Shown: in pieces, positions 53,365-64,000 of the stretch
Layout of the letters: each line of letters starts with the position of its first letter
Position numbering within the stretch: position 1 is the first letter of the stretch
From: Lingula anatina
Taxonomy: Eukaryota; Animalia; Brachiopoda
DNA length: 64,000 bases
Assembly (NCBI GenBank): GCA_051362555.1
Contig: CM120648.1
Coordinates: 11,652,587-11,716,586, forward strand
Direction: 5' to 3'
The notes under the pieces: generated by a model
Databases searched by the model: none
Told to the model about the DNA's origin: nothing
What the model saw: only the letters and a program-made list of their open reading frames with translations
Position numbers and translations under genes: made by a program

Positions 53365-54256
53365 GTTAAGAGAGTTAATGTGGAAAGAGCTACAGATACA
53401 CCGGGAATAACTTAACGCCATCTGCAGTATGCGCGCCATTAAAAAATACATTGGTGTTTTTTACTTTTTATCTAAAACCGTAATTCAGCGGACAGAACAG
53501 TAGCTTAAAGCGTGACAATATAAACCTTCAATTCTGAATATCTTTACATGCTACAAAACAATCCTTTCAATATTTTATTTACATTTAAGGAATTTCATCG
53601 GGACGCTTATTGGAGCAGCCATCGTGGAACATAATCCATTCAGCACGTTATCGGCAGTCCTTACGGGGCTCTGTCTGGGAGAAGTAAGTACTGGCAAGAC
53701 AAAACGGAAAATATACTTGAAACACATCCTTGTGAAAGGGGCCTCAAATCTTCATATGCATCACATTTTCAATAAACGAAGGCAAAATAGGAAGTAAAAA
53801 GAAATACAAAAATCCACACAATGATACGGCAAACAGAAGCTGCCTCTATTTATGACCATATTATCTATTTTAATGTGTTTGTTTTCAGACTGTTACGTAT
53901 GTGTAAATGTGCATATATTGTGTATCGGGGATCGCAAATATCCTGGCATAAATCACTATTTTAATTTATGGAGGCGGCCATGGCCTCTATGAACTATTTT
54001 ATTGTAAAATGTACGTCCGTATGTCCGTTTTCAGGCTGGTCTCCTCGTTCTATACTGTGCGGTAGTTTATGCAGTACTCACAAGGAGGCGCAACAGGTCC
54101 GAATACAGCAGCATTGAAAGTGATAATGCCAGTAACAGTGACACACAAAACGCCGAGGAAACATTGCTACTGCCGCCAACCCATTGCCCGATAATACAGA
54201 GTCAATACGTGCAGCCAGAAAAATGTATGCCTAATGATGACGCCAGTTCTAACTAG
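44823..54256 (+). CDS. SLC18B1: SLC18B1-like MFS transporter, copy D (12 exons, about 509 aa; chimeric E-like 5' half / C-like 3' half)
   Basis: Exons 44823-45026, 46407-46502, 46714-46787, 47280-47427, 47870-48038, 48616-48749, 48967-49077, 49311-49417, 50906-51001, 53201-53275, 53590-53683, 54035-54256(TAG). GT-AG boundaries, conserved exon sizes and phases. Confidence 0.88.
45697..46134. mobile_element. 438-bp TIR element (CACGTTGTC termini) in intron 1 of D
   Basis: CACGTTGTC...GACAACGTG; the paralogous relic site at 28185 has only TACACGTGTA. Confidence 0.65.
49538..50775 (-). mobile_element. Internally deleted copy of the old intron-8 Tc1-like element (copy D)
   Basis: Near-identical to 38868-39700 but retains a ~97-bp segment lost in C and carries a nested MITE. 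Confidence 0.7.
49569..49874. mobile_element. ~305-bp MITE with CCCCGC termini (EnSpm/CACTA-like), D only
   Basis: TIR TCCCCGCACGAAAATGCAGTAG / CTACTGCGTTTTCTTGCGGGGA; internal GCAGTA repeats; empty site in B (actaatgaagtttatgg, 23261) and C (38891). Confidence 0.8.
51172..52531 (+). mobile_element. Full-length (1360 bp) inactive Tc1 DD34E transposon in intron 9 of D
   Basis: TA|CACACACTGTACATTAGAAGTGT ... ACAATTCTATTGTCCAGTGTGTG|TA. GRPRKTT linker, DD34E triad, several stops and frameshifts. Empty TA site in B at about 25087. Confidence 0.95.
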
Positions 54257-54648
54257 AATTGGGATTGTAATTCGACTTTTAGTCCAGGGTTCACTCTCGT
54301 GCCTCCAATACACGTTATATATCCAAAATTCGCAGGGGACGTGCGATCTTAAAATCCGTGCGTCATGTCGTGATCGAGGCTGTAAAGAGATTCCCGGCTG
54401 CTATACTACCTAGCGGTCAGTGAATAACAACTCACGTCATGTTGATGAAGGCCTAGAAGTCCAAGTTGGCCACAAGCTTATGGTATGGAAAATATTTCAG
54501 CTCGTGTTAAATAATAACTGTGTATGGACATTTAAGCGAAACTGATTATATTTATTATAGGCTATTTGTCAGTGAATCTTCATGTCGATTGACATGCAGC
54601 AGAAAGTGGGCGGTCGTAGAATATCGGTCGAAAAGCTGGCAGCTGAAA

Positions 54649-54890
54649 GGCCCCGTTCCCATAACCTTATCGTACTAGCTGGATCGACCTAAACTTCTCA
54701 GGGATTGCGGCTAAATTGTATTTTGTTTAAGCGGCTTAAATGTCTGGCACGCTCCCTTGTAATTTAATGTACTTGCTTTGCGAGGGGGCGCGCCTGACAA
54801 TACAGCTGATTACATAGATTACGTCTTAGCGAGAATCCCCGCGGAGATGGATCCATTCTGCTTATACGATAAGGTTATGGGAACACAGTC
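54649..54890. mobile_element. MITE, GATCGATC family copy 6, downstream of D (internal deletion)
   Basis: Same TIRs and flanks as copies 4 and 5, about 43 bp shorter. Confidence 0.8.
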
Positions 54891-56020
54891 TAAGAGTAAA
54901 TTGAATTGCAGGTCATAGAGTCCAAATTACACAGAAGATAAATCATGAAATAAATAAAACTGATGACTTTAGATGTAAATTAAATGGATTTTACTTCTGT
55001 TAAACTGCTCCCATTTACGTGTGTATGTTATTAATACAATAAGCTGTTAGACATATATACGAAATACATGTACCTATTCGATACTAATATATAGTTATTC
55101 TTATAAACATTAGGAATTAATTGAGAAGTAGTACAAGGTTTTAAATATGTTTTATCCTTCTAGAGAAAACATGAATTAATTTTTAGATATAACCTCGTTA
55201 CAGTTTTACTAAACATATGAGAAGACTCATGTCGATCAAGGTAGCTTTATAAGATTAAATGAAGCAATTTAAATATTAAAAGGTCCTATACTTACCTTAT
55301 ATATGCCATTATAAATAATCAAGACCAACCCCCAAAGATTCTAAAGCAAAGAAGGAAAAAGTAAACAAAAATGCAAAACTCATCTTTATCCTCCACTTTT
55401 TAAAGAATCACTGATATATTTATACACGTGCTGTATAATAAAAGAATAAATATGCTTTCTCAGTGGTAATAAGTAATACGCCCGTCGTAGATTTGATAAA
55501 TAAGTACCCCTATTCTATACTATTCAAAGTCGTATAATATAGAAGATTGTTGATTTCGTGCTCCCCTGTTTTCCTTTCTTATTCTTACACGCTAAAAATA
55601 AGGCATAAGGTTAATCCATAAGGTTACATTATTTATGGTTTTATCATACAAAAAAGCAAGTTTTGTTAACAAATATCCAGGAGGATGCGTCCCACACTCC
55701 CAGTTTGTACATGTATATACGATTGTTAGAAACGATTGTTAGAAATAAGATGTAATTGCAGTGTCGTGCAAACACGTGGGACGCACGCCTTAAAATAGCA
55801 CACAGACCAATGGATTCGAATACTGCTACGTCAAATACTATAGCATTATTCAGTGCAGCCCATTAAACTTTTGTTCTGAATTGGGTGATTGATGGGCCTG
55901 GCAAGTAATGTGAGAAATTGCTTAAAAGGGAAAGTTCCATCCCTGGCTGTTTTCGCATAAGTAAGAGGGAAACTACATATAGGCGTGGGGACATACATTG
56001 TACAAAATGAGAAAGAGAAA

Positions 56021-59000
56021 ATGAACGAGGAGATAGAAAATGAGAAGGAGGGAAGAAGGGAGAAGATAGAGAATGACAAGGAGGGAAGGAGTGAGAAAGT
56101 AAATACAGGAGGCAAGTTGCTCAAGCTGAGTTCTCGGCAGAAATTCACCTTAATGAACGGTGCACTTTCCAACATTGCCGTTAGCGTGAGCTACTCTGTA
56201 TTGCTGCCATTTCTCCGAGATGTGGTAAGTGACACGTGACTGGTTATTTTATAGCAAGTAACTTGTTTAAATGGCTTAAAATCTCTTTTGGTGACCGGAA
56301 TGGGCGGATAGAGTCTATAACGATGTTGCCGCCACAAGGTAAGGTCATATAACAAAACAGAAAAAGAACGTGAAATCATATCATCTATGGCTATACTGTC
56401 TCCATGATATGTCTAATAACATATTGTGTATTAACCCGACAGCCATTTTATTATTATTATTATTATTATCCATTTTTATAGGACCCTTGATGCAACAAAA
56501 TCATATGATAAACATTCGTTTCATTTTAAACCTGAATATGAAAAATTAAATAAACGAACTTCATGTTCACATGTATGTTTCTTATAATGAGGTATTTGCT
56601 TACTGTATTATAAAAGTCGACTCGTTTTGGTCAGTTAACGATCCGCGACGAGGTTAAGGCGACCAGCACGCTACGAACACTAGCATTATCTCTTACATTA
56701 GGTTCTTTGTATTATTCTCAGGCTGTGAAAAAGGGCGTGTCTCTAACAGGAGCAGGGGCAATCCTAGGGTGTTACGAGGTCGCCTTTTTCTGCTGTTCCC
56801 TTACTATTGGTTCACAGGTACTGTTGGTTGGTTGGTAACTGCTCAACCAGCTTTGATCTTTTTTCTAGATTTTGATTATATTTATTTATTTATTCAAATC
56901 TGTAATTAAAATGTATTCCACCTAGGCCTTCAATAAATATGTTTCTAAAACGTTGCACCAAATTATGAATAATAAGACGGATTAAATGTCTTGATTAACA
57001 ACTGGGAATATTGAAAATTTCAGACTATTCACATTTTGTTTTAGTTATCTCGCGTAGGAGCGAGGCGCTGTTTCTACACCGGGGCGCTTGTAACAGGTGT
57101 CAGTTCACTGGCTTTTGGGTGCGTAAGTTATGGTCGACATTAGGCATTTTGTCGTTTCTATGAATATCGAACATTTGATTATAAACATACACTGTGCGTT
57201 AAACTTAAACATAGCGAAAAAAATATTTTAGCACCCTCCCCCTCAAGGTATACCCTATCCAAAACTATGCATTGCGTTTAATCATACCTGAGTTGACACA
57301 CGTACAAAGCGTGACCAAAGTGTCGACCAGAATGGCCATTTCTACATTTTTTTTTTTTTTTTTGCAATATCACAGAACGGAAAAATCTTCAAATAATATA
57401 TAAATGACTCAAATAGATAGAATTCAAAAGCAGTTTATTTTCTTTCTTGGAAAGAGGGGGTTGTCGGGGGGGGGGGGGTTGACCGGGGTTGTTTCATAAT
57501 TGACCATTCTACAAACAATTATACATAAATAATACCAAATTTCTTCTAAAAATGCATATTAAAGAATAAAATACATAAGAGAAAACTTACATTTAAAATA
57601 CGTTTTAGTTTTTAAGATGCCTGTGTTCCCAGTGATACTTTTCTTGCCCTTGCTATATCAATACGTGTCACAATTTTAGTTTTTTAGATGCCTGCCCTCC
57701 CGGTGACACTTTTCTTGCCCTTGCTATATCAATACGTGTCCTAGAGTCAATAGGTGCGTCCATGTCTTTCACGTCCAATTATGCCCTAGCAACGAGGGAG
57801 TTTAGAGACAACACAGCAACAGCATATGTAAGTTGACAGCTACCCTTAACTCATTGATGCTGGTTCAAAATACTTAAGGACATTGTTAGAAATAAATTTA
57901 TGAGGTATTCCTATAAGTTGTCTTTAAAATTTAATGGATTATATAAAGTCTTCAGGTTAGCATGCATTAAGGTGGTTTTCAGTCGTGTTTTTCATCTTAG
58001 CACTACTTGATGGTATTAATATTATAATAAAGTTATTGCCAAAGCATTTGACATTGTCTTATATAGAAAGATGTCTTTTCGTCAACAGCACATATTTTTG
58101 AAAAAGCAAATATTAGTCAATGAAATTATAATTTCATTGTAGCATGCAAAAACAGCTAATTAAAACATTCTGTCTTTATTTGCTTCATTTTTGTTGTAAA
58201 ATAGCGGTTTGATTCAGTTAAATCTTTCTTTCAAAATTCTACTCTAGGGGTTCTTGGAAACGTTTGCAGGACTTGGTCACGTCTTAGGTCCCTTGATCGG
58301 TGGCGGACTCTATCAGCTGGGAGGGTTTGGACTGTCGTTCTTCGTGTCGGCTCCACTGACGATCATAACAGCAACTGTAGCATTTTTTACTTTACCAACC
58401 GAGAAAGATGAGCAAGGTAACTTGATACAGGTGGTATTTGCTAAGCTGCCTGTTGAGTTATTGAAACTTTTGCCGCTTATACAAGAAATCACCAGTTCTT
58501 TCTCCAAATTACGGTCAAGTACAATGTACTTACCTGAGCAATTAGAAAACAAATGACCAAGTTCTGAAAGTAGGTAGAAAGACAATAATGTCATAAATTT
58601 GCGTAAGACTAGCTTAGTTTATTGGTCATGGAATGAGAAGGAATCAAATGGGGAAGTCAATAATTAAAGTTAAAAGGAATGGCAAGTAAAACGGGGAAGG
58701 GGGAGAAAATATTGGACAGAGTAATAGAAAGATGACGAATAGGTAGTCTAGAAAGTTGCTGAAATTGACAGGAGTATAGAGACAGATGGAGGAGCATAAT
58801 CGATTTCGACAGTCAGCATGGAGTTATGAATAGTGCATGATAAGAATCAATTACTTCTTCATATTTATCACTGTCAAATGCTTTCTTGAAGTCTGTATTT
58901 TTATATCAGCTGTTCGACGTTTTATTCACAGAATTATCGTCAGACTATGGACAGTTAATTAAATTAGCGAAGATACCCGCCATACCGCTGGAACACCTAG

Positions 59001-62000
59001 CAGTTTGGGTAGGATATATTGGACTTAGCGCTTTAAGTCCCACGCTAGGAGGTCATTATGAGAGCGTAAGCTGTTTAATTGCAACTTTTTTTCATTATAT
59101 TTCTAACGAAAAGATACCTCGTACTTACATAATTGTGAAATGCAGGTAACTTTTCTCCCAAAACATTATTCATTACGTTTTTTGTCATCGTGGGGTATTT
59201 TATTAACGATTTCCAATGCCTATGACGCTTATGTTAAAAGATCATCTATAGATTGACCACTTGGTTGATTCAAATGTATCTTTCAGATCTCAAGAAGCAA
59301 TGACTATTTGCAAAATATATGGTATTAGCATACTCATGGATGTAGATCAGTTTGTTGAAAATACATGTATTTCTTCAATCTTGTTATTTTGTGTTCTTTT
59401 TTGTGTACTTTCCCTTTATTAAATACATATCATATTTACAGGTGGATTCATCTGTCCAAGGTAACCATATAATGATCGGCCTGGCGTTTGCTCTGTGTGG
59501 GATCTTTTACACGTGCTCCGTGTTTTTGTTTGGCTACATAACAGACAAATCCGTAAGCTGCTTTTCTTTTTAATCTCCATTTTATAATTCTCTTTAAAAT
59601 TATTATTATAATTATTATTATTATTATTATTATTATTTTGGCATTTGCGTATATATCGCCTTCAAGACAGATATGTCCCCGGTGTAACTAGACAGAGAGT
59701 CCCCCAAGATGGAGAGTGCGCTTCCCATTCATTTTTACAGGTAAGCCTCGCCCTAGGTTTTGACCCAGTTAAGTCAGACTAACCCTAACCATTATAACAA
59801 AATGGAGGGCGGATTTTTTGTTACACGGACCCTCAGTTCCGTTACACCGGAATGGACATGAGCCGCCTTTATATACCTGCAACATTCCCCATACCAGATA
59901 ATGCACGTCATCCACTTATTCCTGCAGTTTGTTTACCCGAAATCTGAGAATATGCCCATATTGTGGGGTAAGGGGATTAATCACGCCATATTTGTTTTAT
60001 AGAATCATTACAAGTTAATGATAATCACGGGACTAGTCGTGACGGCCTTGTCCTTTACTTTCATTGGACCCTGGGAGCCCCTGACTGACCTATTTCCAAA
60101 CAACAAAGGGTAGGTATCATTATCATACATTTTAATTGATGACAATTAACCGCAAATTTTGATTGAAATATACTGTTGCCGGGTGAAAATATTGATACTC
60201 GAATGTTCTTACTAAAATGACTGTTCTTTAATTGTCCCGAAAAGTCTGTCTCGATCTGACACATCTACAACAAGGGGTAAGTATCATTGTCATGAATATT
60301 AATTTAAGAAGACACGTACATGATAACAAATACACTGCTGCTGAGTTAAGGAATCGCAGAGGTAATCGATGACACTCTTTTGAAGCAACAAAATGAAAAT
60401 AATTCATTGTTATTAAAAGTGAAACTGCGCCTGTGCCTCAGTCTCTGTGTTTCGTTCCAAAATATGTAAGGTCTACCAAAACCTGATCCTCATGTGTCCA
60501 GTAATACTCCACATTTTGGATTTCAGGACAGCATGGGGAGTTATCTTGGGGAATTGTTTATCTGGCATTGGATGCGCCTGTATCAATGTGGCCGTCTTGG
60601 CGGATTGTGTAAATGAAGCCGTGTAAGTTATATGGACTTAGAAATGCTTGTATCAATGTAGCCGTCATGGTGGATTGTGTAAATGAAGCCGTGTAAGTTA
60701 CGTGAGATTAGAACCCCTTGTATCAATGTAGTGGGATTATGTCACAATGTGACGGATTGCATATGTGTCACAAAATACTTGGAAGATGGAAAATGGTAAG
60801 TATTATTTAAAAAATATATATTGTTTTCGAATATTGTTTTCCAAAACTAGACCAAGTGTCCATTTAGCAAGGCGCTAAACTTTAGCCCGAATAAAAAACT
60901 GGCTAGTGTATATATTTTTCATATAAATGAATAACAATGAATCATAAAATGTATTTTTCTCTATTAAAAAGGTGAAAGTGGCACATAATTGTACTTTCTC
61001 TGTTATCACATTTCATTGTGCCAGTTGATATCATAACTTGCCAGTTTAAAATAAATTATTGCAGGTCTCACGGATTACCTGATAATATAGTCACATATGG
61101 TAATTTGTCAGCAATATTTGATACATCTATGGGTCTGGGGTAAGATTTTTTTATTGCTTTGTTGAGCCGTTAAATGATAAAGTTATATTAGAGAAACGAA
61201 CAGATACTTTTGAAATAAGTTACTAGTAATACCATCCTCCGTATGTACGCCTGTACTCAGGCGATTTTTCCCTTTTAGAAACGCATTTTAATGGAGCAAT
61301 TTTTTTTAATTACTTTACCTTATGCTAAACTATCCATATGGTTTATATGTTTACTTGTTTAAGGAGCTTCATTGGGCCCTTTATTGGAGCAGCTATCGTG
61401 GAACATAATCCATTCAGCACGTTATCGGCAGTCCTTACGGGGCTCTGTCTGGGAGAAGTAAGTACTGCCACGGCAAAACAGTAAATGTACTTGAAACAGG
61501 TTCTTGTGAAGAGGGGCACAAATCATTATATCCATCACACTTTCAATAAAAGAAGTCAAGAAACAAATAAATAAAAATACACAAAATACAGAATGATGCC
61601 ATCACAGAAAGTGCCTCTATCTATGACCATCCATTTTAATATAAATACTTCTTAAATACTTCGTACGAGGGTGTTTGTGTGCGCGATATATGTGTACGTA
61701 TGTGTGTGCGTGTATGTGTGTGCGTATATATGTATGTACAATGTATACATGTGTGCTTGCGTGTATGTGCATTGAGTATGAGGGGGTCACACGTGTAATT
61801 ACATAAATCACATTTTCAAGGTATGGAAGCGGCTCACGCCTCCATGAACCTAGACTTTTTTCTACTGTGTGTGTCCATTTTCAGGCCGGTCTGCTCGTGC
61901 TATACTGTGCGATAGTCTATGCGGTCTTTAAAAGGAGGCAATACAAGTCCGGATACAGGAGTATTGACGGTGACAATGCCACTTACAGTGACACAAACGA

Positions 62001-62073
62001 CGCCAAAGGAACATTGTTGTTGCCGCCAACCCCGTGCCCGTCATTCCAAAAACAATACGTGCAATCAGAATAA
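56021..62073 (+). CDS. SLC18B1: SLC18B1-like MFS transporter, copy E (12 exons, about 498 aa)
   Basis: Exons 56021-56224, 56722-56817, 57045-57118, 57680-57827, 58248-58416, 58932-59065, 59442-59552, 60003-60109, 60527-60622, 61065-61139, 61364-61457, 61885-62073(TAA). GT-AG boundaries, conserved exon sizes. Confidence 0.88.
59672..59862. mobile_element. Possible small MITE in intron 7 of E
   Basis: Imperfect inverted ends atgtccccggtgtaac / gttacaccggaatggacat; internal ctaaccctaacc. Confidence 0.4.
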
Positions 62074-64000
62074 ATTACTAATAATGACGTCATCATCATG
62101 GCTGCTGATGACGTCACTTATAACTAGCCTCGGAGCTGGTATGTAATTGGACATACCTGAAGGCCTAACAGTGATTCCAATCCTGTTTAGATCAACATAT
62201 TGCTTAACTGCTAGCAGAAGTTGCTTGGAGATTTAGTGTCCCTAATACCCATTTTATGTGCCTTTAACACACTCTTCTATCAAAAGAAAAGTCGTGTTTT
62301 TATTCAGTCTATAGTCACGACATCCACATATTTTTCTGTTTGTCAAAGCCAGTTACATAAATCTGTATGCAACAGGTCACCTTAATATCTATCTCCACAA
62401 CCATCCCAGTTGAATATAGATAGAGTGTCATCTTTTTCTGCTGTTGGTCAGCTATTAAGGCGGCCTCTGGATGGGATATGTGTACTAGATAATTTTCAAA
62501 ACTTAAATAATACTTCTTTTGTTTGAAGGGTCGGCAAATATAACGTCGAGTTTGCCTATGGGGCACTTCTACTGCTAAGTGAACCAGTAATATGTATGCC
62601 TAGCCTACCAGAAGATAAATTGTTATTCACATATAACATCGTAATGTTCAGGCCTTGCGAGAAAATGTATATTTTTATTACAAATCTGAACACAATAGAA
62701 ATGTGTCATGTAGTTGACAGGTTCGTCTGAAACATAACAAATTTTCATCATTTACTGTGTAAAAGTAATAGTGGTCGACAAACGCTGCATGTGCTTACCA
62801 AACTATGTTATTAAACCATATTACTACGCAGAGTGATTCTGTTGCAATGTATGCATGTGCGCATTTATAGAGTAGCTCCATTAACATTTACTCGCGTTGA
62901 AACAGTTTCAAGTATACAGCTAAGATTTGTATAGCTACCAGTACAGGCATGCATTTGTATAACAGCACCCTGGACAGCGGAAGTAAATTAATACAAGTCA
63001 TTAAAAACAAACAATTATAATTAACCTATTATCCAACTTCCATCAACCTTGAGTTTTACCCATTTTACCCCCCCCCCCCCTTCAAAAATTATTATAACGT
63101 TTAACTTTTAAGTGTATTTCATTACAACACGTACGGTTAAAGAAAAAAAGTTACCCACTACAAAATGTTGTACAGTAGAATTGCCAGTTTTTAATAACAG
63201 TATGCTCTGTTCAAACTCTTGCATTTTAATGACAGGTGTTTCCTTACTTCTTTTGAGCAGTATATATTGCTCAGTAATTAGATCTTCCTGTTCATCCCTT
63301 GCACGAAGACCGAATATTCTATCACGAAGGCACAAAAGCAAACACAATAGAAAAGTCGTGTGCTTGTTATGGTGTTCAACCCGCCCCTTTCCAACATTAA
63401 CGGGACCCACTCCCCCCAATTAGTGTCACTGCACGGTGGCACACATGGTCATTCACAGCGTCAGGGTTGACGGAACGCGCTTTAAGCCAGATACAGCACT
63501 GGCCACCGACGGACCTCGGCAATTCACCTTTCCGGATACATTTTTTTTTACAGTTCTATAAGATTGTGCAGGAAATCGTGACGTAGATATGTGAAGAGGT
63601 TTAAGCTGGTTAGTCATTTTAAGCTGGCTCTCCTATAAGTATTTATTTAACATTTCTATATTTTGTTATAAAACAGGGGGGGACCAAGTTAAGGAATTCT
63701 TTTAAAGCTGTCTGTATTATGTTATCGTCGCAATTTTACGCGTTGGTCATATTTGAACGTGGCAAATACTGACAATTTACAGCAGACCACCATCCTTAAA
63801 GTGTGTGAACGAAATATACGAACATTTAAGTGTATATTATGAAATTCTGATTGATATCCGCTGATCAACACGAGTTCGAGTTCAGTGTGACTTTTACTGA
63901 AAAATACGTCTGTAAGGTCAGTGAGACTTAATTTGGCTGTTGTTACGTTAGACACCTGAAAACAGTGGAGCACCAAGACATCATTACATAGAGGATCACA

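Noticed and set aside
63108-63976. Overlapping 84-103 aa ORFs at the window end
   Set aside because: No recognisable domain, splice pattern or repeat termini; cannot be supported as a gene.

Overview
AT-rich eukaryotic (invertebrate metazoan) genomic DNA, so most six-frame ORFs are spurious or are single exons read through into introns. The window holds a tandem cluster of 12-exon SLC18B1-like MFS transporter genes. Copy A is on the minus strand (16157 to below 278, last two exons outside the window) and lies head-to-head with four plus-strand copies: B (19239-26907, one apparent +1 frameshift), C (30552-42832), D (44823-54256) and E (56021-62073). A deleted relic copy lies at about 27.7-29.1 kb. 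Copy D is a chimera: exons 1-5 (N-terminal 6-TM bundle) are E-like and exons 6-12 (C-terminal 6-TM bundle) are C-like, with the switch in intron 5 at the MFS inter-domain loop. Introns hold many DNA transposons: decayed Tc1 elements, a 4.2-kb TA-flanked Tc1-like element with an opposite-strand BEN-domain-like cargo, a nested 7.3-kb complex with ~1-kb inverted arms and a hAT remnant, several MITEs and a Helentron-like satellite array. Exon boundaries, translations and family assignments were made by eye and from recalled family motifs; no database search was run.
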